Source: Patescibacteria group bacterium
GTDB lineage: Bacteria > Patescibacteriota > JACPGU01
Assembly: GCA_041675145.1 (NCBI GenBank)
Contig: JBAYUK010000001.1
Coordinates: 106,751-170,750, forward strand
Length of the DNA: 64,000 bases
Direction of reading: 5' to 3'
Shown here piece by piece: positions 1 to 10,153 of this stretch (its first letter is position 1; every line of letters begins with the position of its first letter). The notes under the pieces are model-generated. The model worked only from the letters and a program-made list of their open reading frames with translations. It had not been told where the DNA came from and searched no databases. Made by a program: the position numbers and the translations under genes.

Positions 1-2504
1 CTACTGCTACCGCTATCAATACTATTCCTCGTGTGAAGCCAGCAACTCAGCTGACCACTACACTTGGAGTTGGAAGTACTGATGCGGACCAGATTAGTGC
101 CCTACAGACATATCTAGGAATTCCATCATCAGGAACCTATGACCCTGCAACTCAGACAGCAGTAGAGGCTTTCCAGACTCAGCATGGCCTACCTACAACA
201 GGACTCTTAGATGACGGTACACTTCACTATATCTATCTTGCACCTGTTAACTGGTACAAAACAGTTAACTACCAAGTATTCCTAGCCGAAAACGGTTTAC
301 CAGTATCTGCTACTGGAATATTTGACCCAGCAACCCAGACAGCAACTAACCAATTGCAGTCAATGTTGCATGTTCCTCAGACAAGCGTTCTAGATCAGGC
401 AACTATTGACGCAATTACAACCTTCTTAGCTTCAAACAATAACGGTGGTGGACAACAATCACAGCACGGTCCTTTAGACTTCCGTTTTGGTGTTCGTGTT
501 GGTAATACCAACCAAGGTCAACAAGGTGGTGAACTAAGTGTTGACTGGAGTAGCTCAGGATCTGTTACCTACCAAGGAAATATCAACGGTAATCAGGGTA
601 ATATGTTACAAGGCAACTTACCTATGACACCTGGTACATACACAGTTCGTATTGACTTCAACGGTAATAATGTAAATGTACAAATCAACAACCAAACTGT
701 AGCAAGCGGTCAGTCACTTTCTTTGCAAGACCCACTATACAGCTTTTCGCCGTACTTCTCTCTTGTAGGAGATGATCAGGGGCTTACTTTTGGATTTGAT
801 GACTTCAGTTCAAGCCTCGCTCTTCCTGCTACCTACTCAATGGCAGCAACTGGAATGCAGTATGGAAATGTTTCATACGCAGACCCTGTTCCATTCGAAA
901 ACGGTAATCCAGCAGGTATTGTAGTGTGGTCAGATCAAAGCAACCTCACTGTGCTACCTCTTACGAATGTAGAGCAGTTTCCAATTTCTGGTGAAGTATA
1001 TGTGTACCTCACAACTCTAACTATTCCAGCAGGAGCTTTGGGAAACAACCCAGAAACAAAACTTCGCTGGACTAACTTTGCTGGAGACCCTCAGGTATTC
1101 AAGCAAACTGTTGATTTTATCAACACTCAGGTTGGATTTAACTTCGTAGTAGATGCGTATGCAAAGGCATTCTCACGGTCTGGAGACACTTTCACGCCAG
1201 TGACATTCCCAATGCAAAATGTTGGACAGATAGATAGTCACGGTATTCTTCTTCCACCAGCAAATACATCTCTCCTTCTTGCTCGTGCAACAACTGCATC
1301 AAACGGACAGTGGACAGCAACATTTGGTAAGGACGAAAACGGTGCAGATATTGCACAGCTCATCGGTCAGACTCTTGCTGGTGTTGCTCCTGCTCCTTAC
1401 GCATTCGTTGTCTATGCATCTCTTGGTGGAAATAGTGCCTACTCAGTAACTCCAATTATAGCTACTTCGGTTACTACCCAGACAGACACTGTTCCTCCTA
1501 CTTCAACTGCCACAATCACTGGTACCACAGAACCAGTTCCGTACGCTTCGTTCTACAAAGATCAGGCAACCGTAACTATTTCTGCAACAGATAACGATGG
1601 TGGATCTGGAGTTCAAAAGATAATGTATAGTTTGTCAGGCGCAGTAAATCGTACTGAGACAGAGTACACCGCTCCTATTGTCTTAAATACTGCGGGTGAG
1701 ACAACTATCACCTTCCATGCTATAGATAATGCCGGTAACGGTGAATCTCCAGAAACAATGATCATTCGTATCGACAAAGACTCGGACGGAGATCAGGTAT
1801 ATGACAACCTCGACTCATGTGCACTTGTTGCTGGAATCGCATCTATTAACGGATGTCCAGTAGCAATCAGCCTTCGTGGTCGCCTAGATGTGAAATACGC
1901 AGGCAAATCAAATGGATACGCAGCTATTGTGAATGGTAAACAAAAGAAGGAAGCTCGTATCTCTTTGAAGACTGGTGATATCGGAGACTCAAGAGACGAA
2001 TCAGTTACTGCAATTGTAGCGAAAGTATATAACACAAAGACACTTAAGACTGGTTACGGAAAGAACCTCGGGCGCGTACTGAATAAGCAGTGTAGTACTG
2101 TATTTGACACCGCTCCAGCTCTTCTTTCACGAAACATCCAGAATGCAGATACTGATTTGATCGGTGTTCCTGGTAAATCTGATTATGTTATTGCAACTCG
2201 CATAACTATCACTGAACCAGACGGATCTACAATCGAATCAACCGTTTGTCGTTCAATTGCAGCTCGTGCCTTCCGTTGGAATCAGACAGCTACCGGATTT
2301 GATAAGCTTCCTGGAAACAAACTTGGTCAAGGCACTATTGCTCGACCTCGTGTGAAATTCACGAAGTCTGTTAAACCTCCTAAGGTAACGTGTGAGGCTG
2401 ACGAAGACCAAGACAGCCCAGATGACAACAAGGAAGACAACAACCGCGATAATCGTCATAGAGACGATGACGGCGAGCGTGATGTCAGTGAGAACCTTGA
2501 CTAA
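1..2504 (+). CDS. Secreted protein, 5'-partial (ORF open to window start): tandem peptidoglycan-binding (PG_binding_1-like) repeats, central Gly/Asn/Gln-rich region, Ig-like (chitobiase C-terminal/Big-like) domain, acidic C-terminal tail
   Basis: Frame is open from position 3 with no upstream stop. Repeated 'G(I/L)xxSGxxDxATQTAV' motifs are typical of PG-binding domains. 'TISATDNDGGSGVQKIMYSL...TITFHAIDNAGN' matches a Big/chitobiase-C-like fold. Followed by an intrinsic terminator. Confidence 0.6.
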   Translation, partial: TATAINTIPRVKPATQLTTTLGVGSTDADQISALQTYLGIPSSGTYDPATQTAVEAFQTQHGLPTTGLLDDGTLHYIYLAPVNWYKTVNYQVFLAENGLPVSATGIFDPATQTATNQLQSMLHVPQTSVLDQATIDAITTFLASNNNGGGQQSQHGPLDFRFGVRVGNTNQGQQGGELSVDWSSSGSVTYQGNINGNQGNMLQGNLPMTPGTYTVRIDFNGNNVNVQINNQTVASGQSLSLQDPLYSFSPYFSLVGDDQGLTFGFDDFSSSLALPATYSMAATGMQYGNVSYADPVPFENGNPAGIVVWSDQSNLTVLPLTNVEQFPISGEVYVYLTTLTIPAGALGNNPETKLRWTNFAGDPQVFKQTVDFINTQVGFNFVVDAYAKAFSRSGDTFTPVTFPMQNVGQIDSHGILLPPANTSLLLARATTASNGQWTATFGKDENGADIAQLIGQTLAGVAPAPYAFVVYASLGGNSAYSVTPIIATSVTTQTDTVPPTSTATITGTTEPVPYASFYKDQATVTISATDNDGGSGVQKIMYSLSGAVNRTETEYTAPIVLNTAGETTITFHAIDNAGNGESPETMIIRIDKDSDGDQVYDNLDSCALVAGIASINGCPVAISLRGRLDVKYAGKSNGYAAIVNGKQKKEARISLKTGDIGDSRDESVTAIVAKVYNTKTLKTGYGKNLGRVLNKQCSTVFDTAPALLSRNIQNADTDLIGVPGKSDYVIATRITITEPDGSTIESTVCRSIAARAFRWNQTATGFDKLPGNKLGQGTIARPRVKFTKSVKPPKVTCEADEDQDSPDDNKEDNNRDNRHRDDDGERDVSENLD

Positions 2505-2513
2505 CAATCAATT

Positions 2514-2542
2514 AAAAAAGACCCCATACGGGGTCTTTTTTA
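2514..2542 (+). terminator. Rho-independent terminator (AGACCCC-ATAC-GGGGTCT followed by T5)
   Basis: Perfect 7-bp GC-rich stem with a tetraloop and a T-tract, 10 nt after the stop at 2504. An A-tract upstream makes it bidirectional. Confidence 0.85.
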
Positions 2543-2595
2543 ATACCTATTTATGTTTCTTCTTACTATACATGGCTATATGTAGCTAGAGGTAT

Positions 2596-3606
2596 TTATT
2601 CCCAAGAAATGTTTTGAGCTATCCAGGCAAGCATCTCCTTAGTCTGTACAAAACGAGCAGATGATCCCAGTACTACTGTTATAACCTGATTCCCAGCTAT
2701 TTCAGTTAATGTAATGAAACACTCACCAGCGAGTGGAGTAGAACCAGTCTTGAGCCCCAATACACGAAAGTCCTTATCCGTGAGGAGTGCATTCGTAGAT
2801 CGTATCTCAGCTTTCTTGTTGCCTGAGTTCCAGACAATACCTGCATTCTCTTTACCAACTTCTCTCATTACTTCTGGATGTGAAATTGCAGCACGCGCAA
2901 GGATAGCGAGATCTCCTGCTGTTGAGTAGTTATCTCCTTGATCTAAACCAATCATATTAGAAAAGTGCGTATTACTCATACCTAGTTCCGTAGCCTTTTC
3001 GTTCATAAGACGAATAAATTCTAGGGGCTTTCCTGGAGAAACAGCCTCAGACAGTACCGCCGCGGCGTCATTAGAAGAAGAGACTAAGCTTGCAGTCAGC
3101 AAATCCTGTACCAGGATAGTATCTCCTGGAACTAGTCCAAGTTTATGTGCCGGAAGATCCGTGTAATTACCACGAACCGTTACAGCATCAGTTAACTTGA
3201 CATGATCTAAAGCCACTAGTACGGTCATAAGCTTGGTCAAGCTTGCAATCGGTCTTTTCGTATCGGTGTTTTTTCCCAGTAACAGGCTATGAGTCGTAAC
3301 ATCTATTGCCGTGTAGGCCGCAGGTGCAAACAACGGAGGACGAGCTGTTGTTGCTCGTGGAATCTTTACCGGGCTGTATCCAGAAAGTACTACAGTATGA
3401 TCTTGGTAAATAGTAAGTGGTACCGCTTCAAACTCAGCCCGAGAGTGAGGCAGAGCACGAAATGAAAGGTATATGACTGCCGAACTGGCAATAAAAAAAG
3501 CTGCCATATAGTGATGATGGGCAACTGGAAAGGAACCTTTTTTCGCGTTGTTTCTTTTTTTCTGTGGCATTACCTGTACTGTACCAGGAAAGGCATGAGC
3601 GGTCAA
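2596..3606 (-). CDS. D-alanyl-D-alanine carboxypeptidase (low-MW PBP, PBP5/6 family) with N-terminal membrane anchor
   Basis: SxxK 'SLTKLMT', SxN 'SSSND' and KTG 'KTGST' motifs in the canonical order. Confidence 0.8.
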   Translation of the reverse strand: MTAHAFPGTVQVMPQKKRNNAKKGSFPVAHHHYMAAFFIASSAVIYLSFRALPHSRAEFEAVPLTIYQDHTVVLSGYSPVKIPRATTARPPLFAPAAYTAIDVTTHSLLLGKNTDTKRPIASLTKLMTVLVALDHVKLTDAVTVRGNYTDLPAHKLGLVPGDTILVQDLLTASLVSSSNDAAAVLSEAVSPGKPLEFIRLMNEKATELGMSNTHFSNMIGLDQGDNYSTAGDLAILARAAISHPEVMREVGKENAGIVWNSGNKKAEIRSTNALLTDKDFRVLGLKTGSTPLAGECFITLTEIAGNQVITVVLGSSARFVQTKEMLAWIAQNISWE

Positions 3607-4338
3607 TTACAGACCACCTACAAGACCTGCTACCTCCTGAGGTGTTAGCTGACGGTACTGGCCGGTAGGTAGCTTTCCTAGGAGGAGTGTCCCGAGGCGA
3701 ATGCGTTTCAAGTCGACTACCGGGCATCCTACCGCTTCTCCCATGCGACGAATTTGACGGTTCCATCCTTGATGAATAACGAGAGAAAAAATCATACTTC
3801 TTCCTTTGTGCGTGATGAAGCGCAACCGGTCCGCTTTCGCTATCCCCTCCTCAAGAGTAATGCCATGTACAAAGGCGTGTTCAAGAGTACTGAACTGGTA
3901 CTGGGTATTTGGGATCGTTACCCGTACTTCGTATTCTTTTTCCTTCTCAAACTTCGGGTGAGTCAACTTATATGCAAAATCTCCGTCGTTCGTGAGTAGT
4001 AGTAGCCCTGAAGTGTTTTTATCGAGCCTTCCAACACTAAAGACTCTATGCTCAGATGGAACCAGGTCTGTTACTATCTTACGACCCTCAGGGTCATCTG
4101 AGGTTGTCACATACCCTACTGGCTTGTTGAGGAGATAGTATACATGGCTTTTTGGAGCAGCTACCACGCGACCACTAGCCTCCACCTTGTCTTTCTCAGG
4201 ATCTACCTGGGTTCCAAGTACCGTTACTACCTCACCATTTACCCTAATCTTTCCAGCTAAAATCATCTCGTCGGCACCGCGACGAGATGTAACTCCTGAA
4301 CTGGCCAGAAATTTATTGAGTCGAACCATAACAAACAA
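3607..4338 (-). CDS. rRNA pseudouridine synthase, RsuA/RluB family (S4 domain plus catalytic domain)
   Basis: N-terminal S4-like 'LNKFLASSGVTSRRGADEMI'; catalytic 'GRLDKNTSGLLLLTNDG' motif. Confidence 0.8.
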   Translation of the reverse strand: MFVMVRLNKFLASSGVTSRRGADEMILAGKIRVNGEVVTVLGTQVDPEKDKVEASGRVVAAPKSHVYYLLNKPVGYVTTSDDPEGRKIVTDLVPSEHRVFSVGRLDKNTSGLLLLTNDGDFAYKLTHPKFEKEKEYEVRVTIPNTQYQFSTLEHAFVHGITLEEGIAKADRLRFITHKGRSMIFSLVIHQGWNRQIRRMGEAVGCPVVDLKRIRLGTLLLGKLPTGQYRQLTPQEVAGLVGGL

Positions 4339-4848
4339 TTATTCCCAGATAACGCGTACAAATTTGTTTCCTGGGCTCCATTTATATGTCACCTTACTCT
4401 GGTATGCTTTTCCAAGGTGGTCACCGATGATTCGTGCGAGGTATGGGCTTGCAGTATACACAATCCAACCGGTTTTTTTCTTATCTATATGTACAATTCT
4501 GTTCTTAGGGTCCTCGTGACGGTGAGCTTCTTCAAGGTTATTGATCATAGCAGTGATTTGAGACGGTACGAGCATCGCAATCTTGTTCTTAAGTACCACT
4601 TCACCCTCATACCAACCGTTTTCAATAGAAAGACACCCAGGACAAACCTTTTCCTTATATTCCTGGCGTTCACTCTCCTTAATTTCAGGATCCCAAAACC
4701 AGTGCTTCTGAGCTTTTACCATACCACACGTTGGGCAGATTAAAACTGTAGATTCAGCCTTGTTGGCTCTCTCCTTAGATTTAAATCCCCCTTCTTGTTG
4801 TTGTCTGACCATTTTCCCTGCTATTTTTGTTGTTCTGAAAATTCCCAT
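4339..4848 (-). CDS. Hypothetical zinc-ribbon protein (CxxC...CxxC); possibly Nmd3/COG1499-like
   Basis: 'ICPTCG' and 'VCPGC' pairs. Similarity to Nmd3-like proteins is only an impression. Confidence 0.4.
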   Translation of the reverse strand: MGIFRTTKIAGKMVRQQQEGGFKSKERANKAESTVLICPTCGMVKAQKHWFWDPEIKESERQEYKEKVCPGCLSIENGWYEGEVVLKNKIAMLVPSQITAMINNLEEAHRHEDPKNRIVHIDKKKTGWIVYTASPYLARIIGDHLGKAYQSKVTYKWSPGNKFVRVIWE

Positions 4849-4857
4849 TGTGTGTGT

Positions 4858-5127
4858 TTAGAATTTTACATCCATTGAAGTATTGTTTTCTTCACGGTGA
4901 GTGAGGAGGAAAATAATATCGAGGATACCCATGGTGTTGATAATCAAGATACACCAGAACCACACCTTTTTTTCCATGCGAGCTGCGCGCCATAGCGCAA
5001 GACCCTTAAGAAGCAACAGTGTAGCAATAAAGAGATAAAACAGAACTCCGAACAATGCAAAATACTGTGCTGGCACATTGAAATACTGTGCCAACCACGT
5101 AAGACCTAACACATTTGGACTTGCCAT
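4858..5127 (-). CDS. Small hydrophobic membrane protein (2 TM), hypothetical
   Basis: 89-aa ORF with two clear hydrophobic spans and tight spacing to neighbours. Confidence 0.4.
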   Translation of the reverse strand: MASPNVLGLTWLAQYFNVPAQYFALFGVLFYLFIATLLLLKGLALWRAARMEKKVWFWCILIINTMGILDIIFLLTHREENNTSMDVKF

Positions 5128-5199
5128 GGGTAAAACCTCCGGGAAGTAACTAATATATGTACTTATTATGCAATATTTTAAAATAAAAACAAGGATTTT

Positions 5200-6015
5200 C
5201 TAAACTCCATGGACTTCTCTTTGGTACTTCTCGATAAGTACTGCGTCCTGAGCTATTTGCGCAGCTTCCCTTACTTTCAGGCTCTCAGTAGCTTGGGAGC
5301 TAATCTGGCCAAAGCGATGACTGGCGTTTACTACATTTCCTTCTCGTTTTTTCTCGGAAATCGATGAGAGCGCCTGTTCAGCTTTTCTATACAATTCAGT
5401 CACGTCAGTCATGAGTACATCAGGTGCGTTTTTATCTTCTGGAGCGGGCGGGGTAATAGAGTTAAGAATAGCTACGAGTTCAGACAACTCTTCCCTATCC
5501 CCTTCCTCTACAAGCCGAGCAATAAGACTCTCTACCTGCTTTTTGACTTGCTCACGTTCGTGGGTAGATTTTACTACCGCTACCTTATCGTAGGTCTTGT
5601 GAATCTGGTTAATCACCTCGGTATACGGCATAGTATTCTCAGAAACTTCGTTTAACGCTTCCTGAGTAAGCCCGATCATCTCGTTAATTCGTACCTGGGC
5701 CTCTACTTCGTTACCGAACATGTCTGTTTCGGTAAACTGAGAAGGCTTCATGTTTGTGAGTCTTCGTAAGAGGTTGTTGAGTTGGTCACGATTCTCTTCT
5801 TCTTTTAAGGTATTAATGATCCGAGTGAGCGCTCCATACGCTGAGTTGGAGTCTACTTCGTCGTGAACTCGAGCCAAGTCTCCATACGCATCATTAAAAG
5901 CTCCCCAGGCTTCGTTCACGACATTCTCTGGGGTTAGAAGCCCCAGTTCTTTTTCACGAGCGCGTTCATTTGTTCTTCTTTTCTCCTCGTTTACGAGGAA
6001 TTGCTCTGTACTCAT
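5200..6015 (-). CDS. Hypothetical charged/coiled-coil protein (E/K/R-rich)
   Basis: 271-aa ORF with no overlap conflicts and no recognisable catalytic motif. Confidence 0.5.
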   Translation of the reverse strand: MSTEQFLVNEEKRRTNERAREKELGLLTPENVVNEAWGAFNDAYGDLARVHDEVDSNSAYGALTRIINTLKEEENRDQLNNLLRRLTNMKPSQFTETDMFGNEVEAQVRINEMIGLTQEALNEVSENTMPYTEVINQIHKTYDKVAVVKSTHEREQVKKQVESLIARLVEEGDREELSELVAILNSITPPAPEDKNAPDVLMTDVTELYRKAEQALSSISEKKREGNVVNASHRFGQISSQATESLKVREAAQIAQDAVLIEKYQREVHGV

Positions 6016-6038
6016 GTGTGTCTGTTTTATGTATTGTG

Positions 6039-8423
6039 CTAGCGAATTTCAGCTGAAAAGTCTATGGTAAGTTTCTTGATTATACTATCTAGTGCCTCTT
6101 TGATTTCTGCATCGGTTAAGGTATGGTCTTGCGCTTGCAGTGTAATACGGAATCCAAGAGATTTCTTTCCCTTCTCTATCCCCTCTCCACGGTAGTCATC
6201 AAAAAGTTCTACACTGGTTACTATATCAGAAACAGACGAGATAGATAGCGCAATCTGGTTGCTATCCCGATCTTCCAAAACAAGGATTGCAAGGTCACGG
6301 CGGGATATTTCATAACGAGAAAACTCCTTATATACCACATTACTCTCATTATCCACGAATTCAGGCGTACTGTTTTGTAAGAACAAGGCAAGATACGAAA
6401 GATCTATTTCTGCCACCCAGACGCGTTGCTTGATGTCTAGTGCAGAAAGTATTGAAGGATGAACCTCATATGTCTGCCCTACTTCCTGTGAGTTATACAA
6501 AATCCTTGCAGATCTTCCTGGGTGACCTGAAGCAATGGTATCAGTAGCTTCATACTGAAGTATAATTCCTGCATCCCGGGTCCAAAGATCCAGACTGTGC
6601 TTGATTTCCCCCCATTCAGTATCTGTCCCGCTTGTATACGCAAGAGCTAAACGGCGCGGTTCAGTATCTACCTGGCTTGGATCCATACTTTTCATATATA
6701 CCTTTGAAACATCAAAAAGAGCCAGCACTTTTTCTTTTTTCAGGTTTAAGGCGACAGTGTGAACGAGCCCCGGAATGAGACTTGGTCGAGGAATGCTATT
6801 CCCCTCGGGTAGCGGGTTCGTAATATTAAAACTTGCCTGGTAGTCAGGGAAAAGTGAGATGAGTTCTGGCTTGAGCAGCGAGTAGGTAAAGATCTCACTA
6901 TACCCAGCTGATACAAAATGTCTACGAACTGCCTGTTCTGCAAGCATGATCTTTGGCTTGTCTTGAATAGTAGTAGTTTCTGGTAGCACTTCAGGTACGG
7001 TGTCAAAACCATAAATACGACCCACTTCCTCGGCAATGTCTTGCCAGATAGTCACATCATTACGCCATATAGGTACCTGGATGAGCCAGGTAGTACCGTC
7101 GTTAATTACTATGAAGCCAAGGGAGAGCAAAATCTGCTCCATTCTTGTAAGTGTTATGTCTTGCGCTAAAAAGTCGAGTATTTGTTGTGGGTTAACTCGT
7201 AGTGATACAGGGTTCTGGTCTTGATCACCTTTTATCTCAACTGTAGCAATCTCAGCTTCAGGACAGATCTGAGATATAAGAGAGCGTGCACGCTCCATAG
7301 CAGCAGTGGCCAACCCAATTGGTAGTCCTTTTGCAAACCGCACCGATGACTCGGTAGTAATGCCGAGAGTCCTTTGAGAGTGACGAATAATCGGTGATGT
7401 GAAGTGAGCTGCCTCAAGCAGTATCTGAGTAGTTGAGTCACTTACTCCAGTATCTTTTCCTCCAATGACTCCTGCAATAGCAATAGGATGCTTAAGGTCA
7501 GAAATAACCAAAATTCCATCAGGCAATTCGCGACTTACCCCATCAAGAGTAGTGATATTTTCTCCTTTTTTAGACAAGCTAATTGCAATAGTCTTTCTCC
7601 CCTCACCACCTACTTTACTATAGTCGAAGGCATGAAGTGGGTTACCCATCTCAAGCATAACAAGATTAGTAATATCTACTATGTTATTAATAGGGCGAAT
7701 ACCACAGGCCATAAGCCGTGCCTGCATCCATGCCGGAGATGACTGTACCTGAATATTCGTAACTATACACGCTTGATACAGTGGACAGGCCATAAAGTCA
7801 TGACGCCACTCAATATCTACATAGTCATGAGTACTCCCCTCCTCCTGTATCTCCCCTACTACTGCCTCAGTGTATTCTTTGTTATATATAGCGGCAATCT
7901 CACGAGCAAGTCCTGTATGGCTCTGCAAGTCTCCACGATTAGGAAGAATAGCTCCATCTAGAACATAGTCATGATAAAGAGTAGATAGCTTCATGCCTAC
8001 CTGTGTACCTTCAGGTAAGGTCATAATGTCATGGGTTTCACCACCGAGACCAATTTCATCTGCTCCACAAATCATTCCCTGTGATTCTATTCCACGCAGT
8101 TTAGAAACTTTAATTTCACCGTTGGGTAGTTTTGTTCCTGGAAGTGCAACTGGCACCTTAATACCAGCTCGTACATTAGGAGAACCACAAACAATCTGGT
8201 GCATTGCTCCACCAGTATCTACCCGGCACACCTTAAGTCGGTCTGCATCTGGATGCTGCTCACATGAAGTAACCTCCCCTACAATGACGGTATCCATATA
8301 TGTTCCGCCCATCTCCTCTATTCCCTCTACTTCAACAGATTTAAGAGATAGCTCATCTGCCAGCGCTTGTGACGTTGCATTGAAATCTACGAGTTGTTTT
8401 AGCCAGTTATATGAGAATTTCAT
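6039..8423 (-). CDS. pheT: Phenylalanine--tRNA ligase beta subunit
   Basis: N-terminus 'MKFSYNWLKQLVDF' is the canonical PheT start, followed by the tRNA-binding, B3/4 and B5 domain order. 794 aa. Confidence 0.95.
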   Translation of the reverse strand: MKFSYNWLKQLVDFNATSQALADELSLKSVEVEGIEEMGGTYMDTVIVGEVTSCEQHPDADRLKVCRVDTGGAMHQIVCGSPNVRAGIKVPVALPGTKLPNGEIKVSKLRGIESQGMICGADEIGLGGETHDIMTLPEGTQVGMKLSTLYHDYVLDGAILPNRGDLQSHTGLAREIAAIYNKEYTEAVVGEIQEEGSTHDYVDIEWRHDFMACPLYQACIVTNIQVQSSPAWMQARLMACGIRPINNIVDITNLVMLEMGNPLHAFDYSKVGGEGRKTIAISLSKKGENITTLDGVSRELPDGILVISDLKHPIAIAGVIGGKDTGVSDSTTQILLEAAHFTSPIIRHSQRTLGITTESSVRFAKGLPIGLATAAMERARSLISQICPEAEIATVEIKGDQDQNPVSLRVNPQQILDFLAQDITLTRMEQILLSLGFIVINDGTTWLIQVPIWRNDVTIWQDIAEEVGRIYGFDTVPEVLPETTTIQDKPKIMLAEQAVRRHFVSAGYSEIFTYSLLKPELISLFPDYQASFNITNPLPEGNSIPRPSLIPGLVHTVALNLKKEKVLALFDVSKVYMKSMDPSQVDTEPRRLALAYTSGTDTEWGEIKHSLDLWTRDAGIILQYEATDTIASGHPGRSARILYNSQEVGQTYEVHPSILSALDIKQRVWVAEIDLSYLALFLQNSTPEFVDNESNVVYKEFSRYEISRRDLAILVLEDRDSNQIALSISSVSDIVTSVELFDDYRGEGIEKGKKSLGFRITLQAQDHTLTDAEIKEALDSIIKKLTIDFSAEIR

Positions 8424-9478
8424 TAAAATTGTTTCAAGAAACGAATATCATTCTCGTACAGGTAGCGAATATTAGGTATTGCGTGTTTCATCATGGCCAG
8501 CCGCTCTATACCCGTACCAAACGCAAACCCGGTATATACATCAGGATCTATTCCTCCAAACTTTAGAACATTTGGATGTACCATACCTGCACCAAGAAGC
8601 TCGAGCCATCCGGTCTGTTTACAGACACGACACCCTTTACCGGTACAGATTACGCACGTTACATCTACTTCAAAACTTGGTTCAGTAAATGGAAAATAGC
8701 TTGATCGGAAACGGATATTCACATCATCTCCAAGTAGTTTCTGCATCGCCAGATGTACGGTAGCTTTCAGGTTTGCAAGAGTAAGCCCCTTATCCACTAC
8801 TAACCCCTCGAATTGATGAAACATCGGGAAGTGGGTCGCATCATCATCTCTACGGTATGTCTTACCAGGGAAGATCACCTTGATTGGAAGTTTTTCTTTA
8901 TGGTCTTGCATGTAGCGCACCTGGTAGGCTGAAGTTTGGGTACGCATTAAAAGCTGGTCTTTTAAAGATGCCCCGCCTACTTTTTCTACATAAAAGGTAT
9001 CGTGGTCATCACGAGTGGGGTGGTCTGCTGGAATATTTAATGCCGTGAAGTTATAAAAATCGGTCTCTATCTCACTCCCATCCGCAATATCATAGCCGAG
9101 GTCAGAAAACACTCGACACACTTTTAAAATAAAATTAGAAAGAGGGTGAAGGTGACCTTCTGTAGTAGTCATCTGTCGAAGACTAGAAAGCGCGTTAATA
9201 TCTTGTTTCTCATACTGCGCTAACTTCTTCCACTCTTCTGTCTGAAGTGCCTTGCGCTTCTCTTCCAGTTGAGCACGCATGTCATCTCGCAGTTGGTTTG
9301 CCTGGGGTCCTAACACTTTTTTCTCCTCTAACCGTAGGTCAGAGAGGGATTTCAAGATAAGGGTTAGTCTTCCTTTGCGTCCAAGGTATGACACTTCAAG
9401 CTCCTCTAATACTTTCGCATCAGAAATAACAGAGAGGTCTTGCATGAATTGTGTGCGCAAATCTGGTAGTGGATACAT
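8423..9478 (-). CDS. pheS: Phenylalanine--tRNA ligase alpha subunit
   Basis: Class II motifs including 'FPFTEPSFEVDV' and 'GWLELLGAGMVHPNVL'. Overlaps pheT by 1 nt. Confidence 0.95.
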   Translation of the reverse strand: MYPLPDLRTQFMQDLSVISDAKVLEELEVSYLGRKGRLTLILKSLSDLRLEEKKVLGPQANQLRDDMRAQLEEKRKALQTEEWKKLAQYEKQDINALSSLRQMTTTEGHLHPLSNFILKVCRVFSDLGYDIADGSEIETDFYNFTALNIPADHPTRDDHDTFYVEKVGGASLKDQLLMRTQTSAYQVRYMQDHKEKLPIKVIFPGKTYRRDDDATHFPMFHQFEGLVVDKGLTLANLKATVHLAMQKLLGDDVNIRFRSSYFPFTEPSFEVDVTCVICTGKGCRVCKQTGWLELLGAGMVHPNVLKFGGIDPDVYTGFAFGTGIERLAMMKHAIPNIRYLYENDIRFLKQF

Positions 9479-9873
9479 TATTGTTCTTCTATTTTAATAG
9501 GGGTCTTCTTAGACCAGAAGTAGGCTTCAAGTAAGAGTACAGCAGTGACAAACACAATACCATCAAATACCTTAAAGAGATGGAGAGATGTCATGCCCAG
9601 TAACCCCACGAGAATAATACCAAACATGATCCCGTGACGCAGTGAAGTTAGTATTTGGCGCTTCACCGTATCATACCCATGCTTTTTAAGTCGGAAGCGT
9701 AGTTCAAGGAGTCCAAAAGTACCCAGGATTGAGATAAAAAGACTTGAGAAGAAGAGTATCAATACTCCAACACTCGCGTTCCTTGGGTCAGTAAAGTTAA
9801 GTGTCAAAAAGAAAATCACCCATGTAAAGGAAACGAAGATCTCACTGTTCCAAAAAAAGTTTTTGATATCCAT
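9478..9873 (-). CDS. Hypothetical integral membrane protein (4 TM), first gene of the pheST operon
   Basis: 131 aa with four hydrophobic segments. The start overlaps the pheS start region. A 'TGGTACAAT' element sits 9 nt upstream. Confidence 0.55.
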   Translation of the reverse strand: MDIKNFFWNSEIFVSFTWVIFFLTLNFTDPRNASVGVLILFFSSLFISILGTFGLLELRFRLKKHGYDTVKRQILTSLRHGIMFGIILVGLLGMTSLHLFKVFDGIVFVTAVLLLEAYFWSKKTPIKIEEQ

Positions 9874-9923
9874 ATCTCCTCTATTGTACCAGATTGAAAG
9901 CCACTGTCGAGAATTTTAGGTAT

Positions 9924-9969
9924 AAAAAAAGTCGGCACCCCCCAAATGGGGTGCCGACCGGTTTTTTTT
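9924..9969. terminator. Bidirectional intrinsic terminator (GTCGGCACCCC-loop-GGGGTGCCGAC flanked by A7 and T8)
   Basis: Perfect 11-bp stem, with a U-tract on both strands. Confidence 0.85.
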
Positions 9970-10091
9970 GCTGGGAAACCCTGCACTCTTCTTTCTTGAT
10001 GGAGAGATCAGAGAGCAGTGAAACTCACCCCAGCGGTTCCAGTACTCAAATGAGTCTTGAAACCGCTGGGGAGCGGGAAGATATTATACCA
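9931..10091 (-). ncRNA. Candidate small RNA or leader: extended -10 promoter TGGTATAAT (10083-10091), ~45-nt imperfect hairpin (10027-10071), intrinsic terminator (9931-9968)
   Basis: Promoter, a long inverted repeat CCCCAGCGGTT...AACCGCTGGGG and a terminator all occur on the minus strand within about 160 nt. No ORF is present. Confidence 0.3.
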
Positions 10092-10123
10092 TATTATGGT
10101 CATAGGACAGAGAGACTGCCACC

Positions 10124-10139
10124 CGCGCAGATCTGCGCG
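10124..10139. promoter_or_regulatory. Perfect 16-bp palindrome CGCGCAGATCTGCGCG, adjacent to an ACCC-TTTC-GGGT mini-hairpin
   Basis: Seen directly in the sequence. It sits about 35 nt upstream of the TGGTATAAT element on the minus strand. Confidence 0.4.
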
Positions 10140-10153
10140 TACACCCTTTCGGG

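Noticed and set aside
3434-4519. Numerous short ORFs overlapping annotated genes on the opposite strand or in alternate frames (e.g. 3434..3766, 3754..3999, 4187..4519 and similar throughout)
   Set aside because: They are fully nested within strongly supported genes and have no independent signals.
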